Source: Paraspadella gotoi
Taxonomy: Eukaryota; Animalia; Chaetognatha
DNA length: 64,000 nt
Direction: 5' to 3'
Assembly (NCBI GenBank): GCA_051294375.1
Contig: CM119264.1
Span: 8,257,523 to 8,321,522, forward strand
In this document: one piece after another, positions 20,452-34,400 of the stretch
Numbering within the stretch: position 1 is the first letter of the stretch
Layout: each line of letters opens with the position of its first letter
The notes under the pieces: model-generated
Databases searched by the model: none
The model's input: the letters and a program-made list of their open reading frames with translations, nothing else
What the model was told of the DNA's origin: nothing
Translations under genes and position numbers: made by a program

Positions 20452-20758
20452 ATGAATAAAGATTATTTGTTAAGGCTCACCTGTGCGACATCTTTTTCGT
20501 TTTATGGTGAAAAGTTGACGGTAAATAGTAATCGCGGATCCAAATCACAGGAAAAGCTTGGCAGCGAAATGATGAGGCGGAAAATTAATGCATTAGTAGT
20601 TCGAGTGAATTTCTTTTTGTTCGGGTGATTTTTCTTTGAGTTTTGGTGACTTTTTGTTCCGATTAATTTCTTTTCCTTCCATCCGTGTTTCGTCCTTTTG
20701 CAGTTTACCTAAACCTTCCCTTCGAGTTGACTTTTTGGTTCTGTTTACCTTCGTTACT
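20452..20758. promoter_or_regulatory. Bidirectional promoter region between IQCA1 and the ASB gene
   Basis: Divergent start codons only ~307 bp apart; X-box-like ATTACCATGGAAAC at 20032-20045 in IQCA1 intron 2 and a weaker GTTACTATGGCA at about 20753. Confidence 0.5.
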
Positions 20759-23700
20759 ATGGCAGGTACTCGGCGTTGTCAAGAACGAGGTAAGAAAAAA
20801 AATCTTTTGTTTTCAATTTCGACCGACATGAAAGATAAGCTTCTCAAGTTCTCCGTTAGAAGGAGAGCAAAAAATAAATGAACAGCCGTGAGGCACAAAT
20901 AAAAAGTTTCACTGAAACCATCAGTTAACCTGTTTTTAAACTTTATGAGTGCGATTGAGCACATGAGGAAGAGAGTGAAAAAACAGGGATCGAAGAAGGT
21001 CTTGTCTCTTCTGTTTTGACGTCGCAAGATTTAACAAATGCGCACAAACATCGGTTATAAGATCGATGCTCCACTAGCTTAAAAACTCATATAGCGTCTG
21101 TGAAAATGTTTAGAATTAACATCCTTGCGTCGAGTTACAATCGATGTGCGACCATCTGCAAAGTGTTATTGCTCCTTGGATTTTTGTTTATATACAAAAA
21201 ACGGATAGGTGAGCAGTGAGCAGTGAACGACGAACAACAGGTTTCTTTTTCTGATTTTTTAAAAATTGAATGCCATTTAATTTAATGACTTGGAGGTTGC
21301 AAGAGATCGGTACATTGCATAGTAATAAAGACCCAACGCAAGATCATAAATTTATATATACTCCTATATAATTTACATTCGATTTGTATCCTTTTCTTCA
21401 ACTAACTTAACAGATGATCATCACTCGCTCAACCAACAGAATCTTGAAGAGTTGAGTCGGACTGGAGAATCGAGTGTCGAAAAGCGCGAGTTCCAATTTC
21501 TCTCCGGAATTATGAAGGCGAGTTCGTGAACTCAATTTGATGACAAACGAATGACATACCAGTTATATATGACAATTTATTATATGTACAATAAGGCGTA
21601 GTGAAAGTTGCATATCAAAAATCGAATAGTTGATCATGAGCTATAGAACATTGATATATAAAAAAAATTGTTTTTAATTTCTCAGTTTTCGCATTCGCCC
21701 TTATTTATACATAGTACTCACTATAGAAAATGTCAAAATTTTGAAAAAGGTTTTTCTTAGATTTGAATTCCTCATAAAAAGTTGATAAAAGAAAATTCTT
21801 TCATTAAGTTAGGTAAAACTTAAAGTTAATTATTATAACAGCTTTTTAGGATTTTGACCCACTTAATGAAATAAATTTCTAAAAAGAGTTATGTTTCCTT
21901 TTATCAACTTTTCTTAAGGACTTCGAATCTGCTTTCAAAAATAAGAAAAAAAAACACTTTAAAATTTTGACATTTTCTATGAGCTTTGCGAAAATTAACA
22001 ATTGACAATTCTACTTGAGTTTAACATTTTTTAACATTTTTGCTACCTCTCGCCTTCAATTTCTAAAGGCGATTCTCACGATCGTCGCCACGAAAATTTG
22101 CCTGAAAATCGTTTTGGCGGCTTTTTGCTCCATCTACGTCGTCGGCGGAAACAAAAGGGAAGCGAAGAGAATTTCTCAAGAAATCTACGGAATGGATCCG
22201 GAAGGAGACTGGATGGGTGAGGACTGAGGACTGAGGACTGAGAACTGGGGAGGATTGAAATGATGTGAGTCAGCCGGGGATAATTTGTAACAAGATAATT
22301 GTTATCAGGACGAACAAAGATGCACTGCGCTGCGGCTGTGGGAGACGTGAAAGCTTTGGAGAAGATGCTGAAAGATGGTAAGTTTTTGTTCTGCTCATAA
22401 AATATATGGATGGATGTAATTGGATCTCTAGAGAAATGATTGCTATATTGTAACTTCAACAGATTGACGGAGAGTTGTGAATATAGTATATATTATAAGG
22501 ATAAGCTTTTACTCAACGTGCAAAAGTTGCTGCCTAAATCGCGTGTCTCGCTGAAACTTTAAATGATATCTATTTGAATTACTAATTACGAAGGATCCGT
22601 AGTTTGAAAGACATGTTATTTATTAAAGGAGTCATGTGCAATGGCTAAAAATAATAAACTTGTTACCCTCAAGGTTCTCCGGTAAATTGTTTTGCCTGGG
22701 ACCGGACGACTCCTTTGCACGAAGCCGCGTACGTTGGCCACATGGATTGCGTCCGTTTGCTCGTTCAGGTTTATATTCATATTTTCATTTCTGATTTTCT
22801 AAACGATAGCGAAAATGCTTAACTGTACTAAAATCTGGTCATAATTATTTCATTAGTTTATAAGATCATGGACGATTATATTCATTTCAAAATAACATTT
22901 ATGAAAATGCATGTACAGTAACAGAAACAAGGTTAACGTTTAAATCATTAAAACAGGAAAAAAAAAACGGGTTATACTCGTAACAAAAAATGAGAATGAC
23001 GATTTAAAATAAACAGAAATAAAAAGTTTCGTTGACATAATTTTTTTATATGCTATTGAAAGCATAAATCTAAATAAAACAAAATAAAACTTTGTCAGAC
23101 ACCTTTTCCATAATCTGTCATCAGAAATTTTTGTTAAGATTTGATTATAGCTTACTTAAAAATATGCATGCGAGATAAATTCATAAGATTAAAGTTTGAT
23201 GCGAATTATAATTTTTTGTCCTCTAATTTTACTAATTTCTATCGATATTGATTATTTTGTGTACATCCACATTTGCTTCATCACTTTATACTGAATTTCA
23301 CTCTAGTTATTCAAAAATATTTTTTATAAAAATACGACTTCCATTCGGCCGTGTTTGAAAAACAAGATATTCTTTTGTTTATTTTATGTGTCTTCTACTT
23401 TTTATTATTGTATTCGTTAAATTGACTAACATTTACAGATTACATGTATAAATTACATTTAACGACTTGTCATTGCGTCTCATATAACCTCGAAATTGTT
23501 TTACAGTTTGGCGCGACAATAAACTCTAGTGGAATCGAGGGTGAAACTCCTCTCAGCCTTTCCGCTTCGCAAGGTTTTAACGTATTTCTATTTTCTAACC
23601 TAAAAGATTCTTAATCATTAATCAATTAATGTTTACCCATAGGTCACACTCAAATTTTAAATTACCTCCTTAATAAGGGTGCGAAAGTAAACCCAGCTGA

Positions 23701-25604
23701 AGAAGTCGCAGAAAGGTATATGGTAAAAATTTAATAACTTATAAATAATTATTAATTATATATCTTTTTTTAAGGTACAAACTGGAACGAATTAAATCCC
23801 CTTTACATGAAGCCGTTATTGGTGATCATACAGAATCAGTCAAAAAAATTCTTGAGGTTAGACGTCAAATAATAATAAGTAATTTATGAGAATTTTACTT
23901 TTACTAAGCAAAGATAAGGGAGATTAAATTATGCCATTTTTAATTTTTCTAACTAGCTGATTAGCACCCAAAAAATAATGTACACGGCATATTCAAATCT
24001 TAAATAAAATTAAAATTCATATTGCAAATTCACAATAGATTAAAAAAAGTTATCAATATGTTTATATTTTAGTATGGAGGTGATGCAAATTTTTTTGATT
24101 TGAGTATTGGACTTCCGCTTTCTGTAGCGGCCAACAAAGGGACAAAAGATATAGCCTTACTGCTATTACTTTATGGAGCCAAGGTGAGTGTGTTTTGATA
24201 TAAATTATACGTATTCTACCAAAAAAATTATTAATCAATCAATCAATTATCAATCAATGTAGCCATTAATAATGCAATTCGTGAGATATTTGGTTGGCAT
24301 AGATGGGAAAGCATCAGAAACCTTAGAAAATTTTTTGGTTACCCTGTCATTTATAATATTTTCAAAATTAGTCATGAACGATTCATGAAATGTTTAATTT
24401 TGACTTTGTCTTATTTCTATGAAAATATAGAAATGATAACGATATCTTGATATGAAATAAAATTCTCATAAATTGAAAACATATTTTAAAAACATTCTTA
24501 CTGTTTTTTGTTATCGTTTGTAGAACTTATACGTTAAAATATTGTATGAAAAACTTTTCTTCCATTTTGTTTCGTATTTGCATATGAGTTGATTTGTTAT
24601 AAAATTTAATTCAATTATAAAAATTATCAAAAAATCTTTTAGGCTTCAGCTTCGTCTCCGAGTTTTAAGTATCTGTCAGAACCAGACGAATGCAAAAATA
24701 TGACTGCCCTACATTTTGCAGCTAAACAGAGGCACCCAGGTAATTTAATAATAATAATAAGGGTATAATTTTATCGTTGTCATGAAAGTAGGAAATCAGT
24801 TTTACTCCGCGATTATTGATTATTTTATATATAATATATAATATATAATCAAAGTTTTTGAATTGTGCAACGAATTTTAATTTTTATTTTTTGCACAATT
24901 CAAAAACTTTTATTTTCTCTTAACTCGTAAACAACGAAAAAGAAAGGATTTTCATTTTTAAAATTTCTGTCCAGCGCCTCAGTTTCTCATTGATTGAAAT
25001 TATCCTCTTAAGAATTGAATGTAAATTATCTCTCGGTTTCGTCGCTTTTGAGAGTTGAAAAAAAAAAACAACGAGAGTTTTGATTGTTTTGGAAAAATGG
25101 TTTTTTTTTTAAAAATAAAAATACGGACGTAAGACCATAATTTGTCGAGTTTAATCCATTCACGTTTAAATTTTCTTTAAAATGACCTAAATTGTACCCT
25201 TCAAATCAACTCCCATTGTAAAGGGTTTTTTTTTTTGTTTTTCATAATTTTGAATTTACTTTTAATTCTCAGAAATCGTCGAACTTCTCCTTGAATTTGG
25301 CGCAAACTTGTTGGTAAAAAACGGGAGTGGAAAATATCCAAAAGACCTTTGCTTCTTCGAAACAAGTGCCTCCTGGGAAAGAGGACCAGAAAGATTTTTG
25401 GAGCAAGGAAAAAATCTGCAAATTTTTAATTTTAAATCTAAACTATGTCATGATATTCTTTGCTTTTATGAAAGTCACCCACGTTGTTTAAAATCATTAT
25501 GTAGAATTACGCTTAGAGAAAATGTCGGTGCGAACTATATTTCGTTTCTAAATTTGTTAAAACCTCCACCAAGGTTGAAAAATTATTTAATGTTTGCCAG
25601 TTGA
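20759..25604 (+). CDS. Ankyrin repeat and SOCS box protein, ASB5/9/11/13-like
   Basis: N-terminal KICLKIVLAAFCSIYVVGGNKREAKRISQEIYG resembles the ASB5/11 hydrophobic leader; ankyrin repeats (TTPLHEAAYVGHMDCVRLL, KSPLHEAV, TALHFAA, EIVELLLEFGAN); C-terminal SOCS box PRCLKSLCRITLR...PPRLKNYL*. About eleven exons. Confidence 0.9.
21592..22030. mobile_element. Truncated relative of the 8329-8935 MITE in an ASB intron
   Basis: Begins TAAGGCGTAGTGAAAGTT and shares internal blocks (gatttgaattcctc, ttttgacccacttaatgaa); no right TIR seen. Confidence 0.7.
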
Positions 25605-26078
25605 ATACAAAATCATCAATTATGAATTATGGAACTAAACTAAAAGTTCTAAAAATGTAATAGAAGCATGAAAACTGTTTTATATTAAAAATAAATGGCT
25701 ATCATAAACAAGTTTGAGCAAACAATGTCGGATCTGCCCACGATCATTATCGGTAATTAATTAATTAGTTAGTTAAAATTTCAGAGCTATTTCAAGATGA
25801 GAAGCCATATCTAAATTTTTAACTTACTATGATCACACACTTTTATAAAAATTCATTGTAAACTATAAAAGCGTAGTAGTTTTTATATTATTTAATTAAT
25901 TAATAATTAATTTTTTCAAGTTAATTATTTAATTAATTAATTAGATTCAAAAATTTTGTTTTGTTGATTAATTAATTGATTAATTAATTATTGATTAATT
26001 AATTGACTAATTGATTAATTAACTAATTAATTTTTTTATTAATTAATACATCTTGAATTTACATTTAAAATAAAAAGA

Positions 26079-26622
26079 ACAAGAAGCATAATCAATTAGT
26101 GAAACAGGTTCTTTGTTTTTTCCATTTAAACTCATTTCCACTCAAACGATTCCATCAAAACTTGATTTCCAGTTTAATCACACACATTTCTACCCAAATA
26201 CAAAATTTCAAGTTGATCACCCCATCCACTCATGAGTAATTGGTGTTCAAATAGTGAAATATATTTTTTTGTTTTTTCCATTTAAACTCATTTCCACTCG
26301 GACGATTCCATCGAAACTTCATATCCAGCTCAATCACACACTTCCCTACCCACACACAAAATTTCATTCAAATCCATCCATCCAGTCACGAGTAATTTGT
26401 GTTTTTTGCTAAGGTGGGACGGACGGACGGATGGACGGACGGACGGATGGACGGACGGACAGACAGACAGATGGACAGACGGACATCGTTTTTTTTTGCA
26501 TAATTTATCATAATTCGATGTTCTGACATGATATAAGTGAATGCCCGACAAGATTGAGGGGGCGGACCGACGTACCGACAAAGTGAATTATAGAGTCAAG
26601 ATCTGCTGAAAGCAGATCCGAC
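26079..26622. mobile_element. Helentron/HINE (DINE-1)-like non-autonomous element
   Basis: Two ~150-bp tandem core repeats (ttccatttaaactcatttccactc...), a (GGAC)n/(GACA)n microsatellite at 26416-26484, and a terminal hairpin GATCTGC-tgaaa-GCAGATC at about 26599-26617. Confidence 0.55.
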
Positions 26623-26938
26623 TGGGCGCAATCCTACGTGGGTACAATCCTAATGGAACCAAAACATCCGTATAATATTAAACTGATAATTACAAACTTA
26701 AAATCTATTAGTTTTTTTTTCTTTTAAAATATTTTCATTCTTTTTCAAACGGATAAACCCTGTATCTTGCGAATGACGCCGATTAAATTCTCCATTTCAT
26801 CCTTTGACAGACTGATACCGTAAAGCATATATATAATAAGGTTATAATTATAATTATATATAATTATATATATATAATTATATATAATTATATATATATA
26901 TATATAATTATATATAATTATAATTATAACCTTATTAT

Positions 26939-27209
26939 GGTTCCATTAGGATTGTACCCACGTAGGATTGCGCCCAGAAAATTGCGCCCACAGCATTGCG
27001 CACACTTATAATTACACCCGCAGGATTGTGCCCATGTGGGCGCAATTCTACGTGGGCGGAATCCTACAGGGCGGAATCCCATGTGGGCGCAATCTTCCGT
27101 GGGCGGAATACTATGGGTGCAATTGTATGTGGGCGCAATGCTACGTGGGTGCAATCCTAGGGGCGCAATTTTACGGGGCCCAATAATACGTGGGCACAAT
27201 CCTGCTACC
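26939..27209. mobile_element. Small foldback/MITE built from ~18-bp subrepeats (tgggcgcaatcctacg)
   Basis: Left end GGTTCCATTAGGATTGTACCCACG followed by inverted then direct arrays of the unit; the reverse complement of that end also occurs at 26623-26660. Confidence 0.6.
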
Positions 27210-28280
27210 ACCATATAATTAATATGAATCATCACCCCAACTTGAGAAAAATGCTTTTCGCTTTTTTTTTGTATTCAAATTATGAACTATGACATCCTTT
27301 TAGGCTCTTCTCTTTCAATAATATCTCAATATCTTGAATAATATATGTGTATGTAAATATCAAAGAATAAAGAATTGTAAGTGTATTTATAGTAAGAGTT
27401 TTTTTAATAATTTTGTGAGATTAGATAATTACAATTTTTCATTTTTATTTTACTAGCTGTCATAAAATTGAGGTGTTGACACCTCTCTGTCGAGGGAGTC
27501 TCAAGGAATTGGCGTCTCGCCTGAGTTTTAGTTTTGTACGTGTTTAAAAAATGATTTTGGTTTGCTCTCACATAATTTTATATTTTTACAGATACGAAGA
27601 AGACATTGTCCCCATGGGCTTGACTTCCCCTGCTTTCGCTCAGGCGAGGATGAGAGAGTTGCTGGGGCCCTCATTCGCCAAACTTCCTTGGGAATCGAGG
27701 GTTCTGGCCACTCCTCACCAAAGGAGGCCTTCGTCGGAGGCGGTAACGCCAATGACAATTGGGAAGACTAGTGTTCCGATAACGGTTATTAACGGTTAAT
27801 TATAATTTTAACTTAACCGTTAATGTATTTATTTTAACAGTTAAATTCGGTTAATTTTCAAATACGATTTTTGATATTATTTGTTAGGAAATCTTTGATT
27901 TTTTGAAAGAAAAGTATTTTTTTTTCCTGTCCTCTCTTATTCTCCTCTCCCTTTCTCACCATATTTTCCCCTTCTCTCTCTTCTCCATTTTTTCAATGTT
28001 TTTTTCCCTTTTTTTTATTATCATCCCCAATCTTTTTTCTATCCTAATCTCTCTTATTCTTTCTTCCCCTAACTTTATACCCTTCTGTTCCTTTCTTTTT
28101 CTTTCTCTCTTTTCCCCTCCTTCTTTCCCCCTTTCTTTTCTCTTCTTTTTTCTGCCCTTCCAGTATTTTTTTTTACTTTCTCCCAATTTTTTTTAGTTTT
28201 TCCTTTCAACTAATTTTATGCATTTACATCTTAGAAAAAAAGTTTGAATTAATTGACAATAACGATTTATTTTCAAGATG

Positions 28281-28326
28281 AAAACGTACATGTTTCGGCG
28301 TTTTTACAAGCCTTCTTCAGCGTCAA
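28281..28326 (-). ncRNA. Minimal type I hammerhead ribozyme, Penelope-like
   Basis: GACG-CUGAAGA-A-GGC-uuguaaaaac-GCC-GAAAC-AU-GUA-CGUU: full core, 3-bp stem II, palindromic stem III (ACAUGU), GUA cleavage triplet, stem I GACG/CGUU. Confidence 0.75.
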
Positions 28327-28514
28327 TTTAGTTAGTGAAAATATTAGACAGATTTTGTGTAGAAGAAGAGAGAGAGAGAGAGAGAGGGCAAAGTATCTCT
28401 GTTTCTCTCTCTCCCCATCTTCTATACAAATTCTATCTAATAATTTCACAATCTAAAATGACGCTGAAGAAGGCTTATAAAAAATCTTAAAACAATAGGA
28501 TCGAGCCTCCCTTC

Positions 28515-28775
28515 AATGATAACCAAATATTGATGCGATGATAACCAAATGATTGATGCGATGATAACCAAATATTGATGCGATGATAACCAATAATTGA
28601 TGCGATGATAACCCAATGATCGATGTGATGATAACCAAATGATTGATGTGATAAAAACCAAATGTTTGATTCTATGATAGTCATTCATTGATGTGATGAT
28701 AATCATTCATTGATACGATGATTGTCATTCATTGATGCGATGATAGTCATTCATTGACGCAATGAATCATTCATC
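28515..28775. repeat. Minisatellite, ~22-23-bp unit (gataaccaaatattgatgcgat)
   Basis: About 11 degenerate tandem units visible directly. Confidence 0.85.
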
Positions 28776-30857
28776 ATAAATAAAACAAACAAATGCGTGT
28801 ATGAGTGAAAAAGAGAGAGAGAGAGAGAAAGAAAGAGAGAGAGAAAGAAAGAGAATAAATCCACGAAAATCTCGGATGTAAATTTGGGATTTTGCATTGA
28901 GAAAAAAGCTCGGAATAAATGGCAATAATAAAAGTTTATAAAAGGAAAAAAATAATCAAAATTTTTCAAAAAACGATCACGCAAGAGATCGTACAGAGAG
29001 AGAGAGAGAGAGAGAGAGACAGAAAGAGAGAGACAGACAGAGACAGAGAAAGAGCTGGATAGCCGCTGGAAGGCAGCTGAACAGTCACTGCAGAGCCTGA
29101 ACTCGTTTTTAAAGGGTTCAGAAAAGGCAGCAACTGACAAAAATAGGAAGAAAAATCTATATATAATTTAAAGAAATAAAAGAAAGGGAAAAAAAATGTT
29201 ACAATTGTTTACAATTGAACATTTTTACAATTTTTTTTAATCATAGCTTGTAAAAGATTTTATTTTTATTTATATTAAAATTAAGATATAGCTTCTCATT
29301 AAAAAGTTCTTTTGATTTCACGTGTTTTTTATTAATTCAAAGATTTGTTTATGAATTTTATCTTCAATATTATTTACTGCAATATGTAAATTAGATTAAA
29401 TCATTTCTATATACTAATTTGGATATTATAATGAGTACTATAATCTCATTTGCATATTGCAGTAAATCATAATGAAGTGGAAATTTAAACAAAAAATACT
29501 TGAATCCAAATGTAATATGAAAATTTCAGAGCTATTTCAAGATGAGAAGCCATATGGCATATCTAAATTTTTAACTTACTATATGATCGCACACTTTTAT
29601 AAAAATTCATTGTAATTTATAATAATTTTCATTTAAAAAAAAAGGTAAGTCCCAGCCAAAACTATAAAAGCGTAGTAGTTTTTATAAAAAAATGCGTGAC
29701 GCTGCCGACGACAACGACAACGACGACGACGACGAACGACAACTCACAAGAAGCTCACCCGAATCAATTTTGAGCCTGAACCGGCTTCCCGGTAGGCTCG
29801 ATAAAAGCCGAAACATGTACGTTTTTATCTTGAAACGTCTACAACTCGTAAAATCTTGATCTCAGTTCATAGATTCGTGAATATGGTCGTTAAGTCGTTT
29901 GACAAATTCGATGTTCACTCGCGATAAAAAGTCATGATGATTTGAATCAAGTTTATCGAAACCACGTTTTTAGGAATCCCCGTAGCATGAAGCTCACTCT
30001 CCTCAGATACCAAAGATGGGTATTGGGAAACTGCATCGCAACCGGCGCGCCAATCGTGATTACGACGAACAATGGCATGCGCACCAATCGTAGGGATTTC
30101 ATGAAAGTGAGGGAGTTCATGAGCGAATGAGGATGATGATAAGGATGAAGGAGGAGGAGATCCCGAGGGGTATTTGGCATTGGAGGGGGCGGTGACGCGG
30201 GGGTAAACCCAAAGGCGGTGAGGGGGGTGGCACGGGCGAAGAAGGAGACTCAGACTGATCCTTGTTAATCTTTGTTTTGACTTTCTTTCTTTCTTTCTTT
30301 TCTTTATCTCAAAATTTTCAAACTCTGGACTCCTTCACTTCACTTCACCGCACCGCACTCGGTCGTCATCAACATCGTCAACGATCATAAAAATGAACAC
30401 CACAATCTGTCTCTTTTCCTTTTTTTTGCTTTTGCATGGGGTTGCTGGCGTCGTGGACCCACCAAAGGTCCATTTTTTTACTACTAGGTAAATGATTTTT
30501 TTTTCGTTTGAAAAAAAATCTCGAATATAAACCTTTCAATCTATTTTATTTTTCATCTTCAGTAATAAAATGGGCAACGACGACGACAACGAGGGCGACA
30601 ACCCCATGGACACCATTCATAAGAACATCTTCGCCGGCAACAACAACAAAAACAAGATTTTCGATGGCAGCACCAGCAATGGCAACAACAACAGCAAGAA
30701 CAACAACTCCGTTGCAACCAATAATCGAATCAACTGCATCAAGGTGCTTTAATGATAAACAATTAATAAATTAATCAATATACATTAATTATTTAATTTA
30801 AAAAAAAATTGTTTTCAATATTTGCGTATAGGACAACGACAAAAAGAGAGAGAATAA

Positions 30858-31187
30858 CATTATTTACCACTTCGATTTTGGTCCGATGGTCCGATTGCGC
30901 GACAAAATTTGACCCAAAAGTTTTTCCTCTTTCTTTCAAAACTTTGACGCGTTCGTTGATGAAATATTTCGGTATCGGGAGTTCGATGTCGTTCTGGAAA
31001 CGAAGTTTTGTTCATAATATTATTAATATTGGTAATATTCGGTAATTTTGTTAATGATTTTTTTGCTAAGGCATCAAAACAACTTACGGGGGTTAATTTG
31101 AGATCCGACAAGACGTCGTCGAAGTAGTGAAATTCCGAATATTCCAAGTTAAACCATCTCGTTCTTCAGCTCCAGAACGGCGAACCT

Positions 31188-31276
<89 letters not shown>

Positions 31277-31338
31277 AGAGGAAAAGACAAAGGGGATCAC
31301 CATCAGTCATTTTCACGAAACTCACCCATGGTGGCGTC

Positions 31339-31419
<81 letters not shown>

Positions 31420-34400
31420 ACGAAACTGACACCATAGTGGCGTCGAGAACGTGTCGCAAAGAGTCTCCTCTTTTTGCGGGTGAACGATTTGGTCGTAGCA
31501 CTGTTCCAACGATCTGTAAATCTGCGAGATTGTCGAATATAAAAGCATTAAGTCACCAAAAAGTTTAAATCATACATATTAATCTAACAGTTTTGAAATC
31601 GTTAATCAGAATTAGGATTCAAAATTATATAAAATGAACAATATCTCACGACTCGCTTTATTACTATGGAAACTGGAATGGAAATGAAAATCTACTCATC
31701 AATCTCATCTGAATGCATTTTACATGTTTATCTTTCCATTTCTCTCACCTGAATATATTTTATATACATGGTGGCGAGAAGTTGCGCCGCCGCCTGGCGA
31801 TCCTTTTCCGGCTTAGGCGGCTCCGGAGGAAGCTCCTGCTTGAGGAGGTCGTCCAGGGCCGTTTGAGCCTCTTTCCATTGGCGGTTGTATTGCGCTGCAG
31901 GTAATAACCATTTTTTTATGGTAATAGTTAATATTATTTTAAAAAATTAAAATTAGAGATTGTAAAGTATAATTTTTATTCTTTTTACTCGCTCTTATAT
32001 AAATCGTGAATTGTCAATCTTTGGCAATCGTAAAAATTAATAATAAAATTAGCAAAGACTATTATTAATTAATTGTAATAATGAATAAAGATTATTTGTT
32101 AAGGCTCACCTGTGCGACATCTTTTCGTGTTTAAATGGTGAAAAGTTGACGGTAAATAGTAATCGCGGATCCAAATCACAGGAAAGCTTGGCAGGAAATG
32201 ATGAGGCGGAAAATTAATGCATTAGTAGTTCGAGTGAATTTCTTTTGTTCGGGTGATTTTTCTTTGAGTTTGTGACTTTTTTGTTCCGATTAATTTCTTT
32301 TTCTTCCATCCTTGTTTCGTCCTTTTTGCAGTTTACCTAAACCTTCCCCTTCGAGTTGACTTTTTGTTCTGTTTTACCTTCCGTTACTATGGGCAGGTAC
32401 TCGGCGTTGTCAAGAACGAGGTAGAAAAAAAATCTTTTGGTTTTCAATTTCGACCGACATAAAGATAAGCTTCTCAAGTCTTTCTCCGTTAGAAGGAGAG
32501 CAAAGCGAAATGGAGTATTCTCTTTTCAGAAAAAATAAATGAACAGCCGTGAGGCACAAATAAAAAGTTTCACTGAAACCATCAAGTTAACCTGTTTTAT
32601 AAACTTTATGAGTGCGATTGAGCACATGAGGAAGAGAGGTGAAAAAACAGGGATCGAAGAAGGTCTTGTCTCTTCTGTTTTGACGTCGCAAGATTTAACA
32701 AATGCCACAAACATCGGTTATAAGATCGATGCTCCACCTAGCCTTTAAAAACTCATATAGCGTCTGTGAAAATGTTTAGAATTAACATCCTTGCGTCGAG
32801 TTACAATCGATGTGCGACATCACTGCAAAGTGTTATTGCTCCTTGGTTTTTGTTTATATACAAAAAACGGATAGGTGAGCAGTGAGCAGTGAACGACGAA
32901 CAACAGTTTCTTTTTCTGATTTTTTTAAAAATTGAATGCCATTTAATTTAATGACTTGGAGGTTGCAAGAGATCGTACATGCATAGTAATAAAGGACCCA
33001 ACGCAAGATCATAAATTTTATATATACTCCTATATAATTTACATTCGATTTGTATCCTTTTCTTCAACTAACTTAACAGATGATCATCACTCGCTCAACC
33101 AACAGAATCTTGAAGAGTAGTCGGACTGGAGAATCGAGTGTCGAAAAGCGCGAGTTCCAATTTCTCTCCGGGAATTATGAAGGCGAGTTCGTGAACTCAA
33201 TTTGTGACAAACGAATGACATACCAGTTATATATGACAATTTATTATATGTACAATAAGGCGTAGTGAAAGTTGCATATCAAAAAATCGATAGTTGATCA
33301 TGAGCTATAGAACATTGATATATAAAAAAAAATTGTTTTTAATTTCTCAGTTTTCGCATTCCCGCTATTTATACATAGTACTCATATAGAAAATGTCAAA
33401 ATTTTGAAAAAGGTTTTTCTTAGATTGAATGCCTCATAAAAAAGTTGATAAAAGAAAATTCTTCATTAAGTTAGGTAAACTTAAAGTTAATTATTATAAC
33501 AGCTTTTTTAGGATTTTGACCCACTTAATGAATAAATTTCTAAAAAGAGGTTATGTTTCCTTTATTCAACTTTTTCTTAAGGACTTCGAATCTGCTTCAA
33601 AATAGAAAAAAAACATTTAAAATTTTGACATTTTCTATGAGCTTTGCCGAAAATTAACAATTGACAATTCTACTTGATTTAACATTTTTTAAAATTTTTG
33701 GCTACCTCTCGCCTTCAATTTCCTAAAGGCGAATTCTCACGATCGTCGCCACGAAATTTGCCTGAAAATCGTTTTGGCGGCTTTTTGCTCATCTTACGTC
33801 GTCGGCGGAAACAAAAGGGAAGCGAAAGAATTTCTCAAGAAACTACGGAATGGATCCGGAAGGAGACTGGATGGGTGAGGACTGGAAGACTGAGGACTGA
33901 GAACGGGGAGGATTGGAATGATGTGAGTCAGCCGGGGATAATTTGTAACAAGATAATTGTTATCAGACGAAACAAAGATGCACTGCGCTGCGCTGTGGAG
34001 ACGTTGAAAGCTTTGGAGAAGATGCTGAAAGATGGTAAGTTTTTGTTCTGCTCATAAAAATATATGGATGGATGTAATTGGATCTCTAGAGAAATGATTG
34101 CTATATTGTAACTTCAACAGATTGACGGAAGAGTTGTGAATATATATATATTATAAGGATAAGCTTTTACTCAACGTGCAAAAGTTGCTGCCTAAATCGC
34201 GTGTCTCGCTGAAACTTTAAATGATATCTATTTGAATTACTAATTACGAAGGATCCGTAGTTTGAAAGACAATGTTATTTATTAAAGGAGTCAAGTGCAA
34301 TGGCTAAAAATAATAAACTTGTACCCTCAAGGTTCTCCGGTAAATTGTTTTGCCTGACCGGACGACTCCTTTGCACGAAGCCGCGTACGTGGCCACAGGA

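Noticed and set aside
28515-28775. Regular repeats resembling a CRISPR array (also 26939-27209 and 57566-57690)
   Set aside because: Eukaryotic context, no unique spacers and no cas genes; these are simple tandem repeats.
29840-30470. GC-richer, possibly coding segment on the minus strand
   Set aside because: No continuous frame or recognisable motif; cannot be supported.
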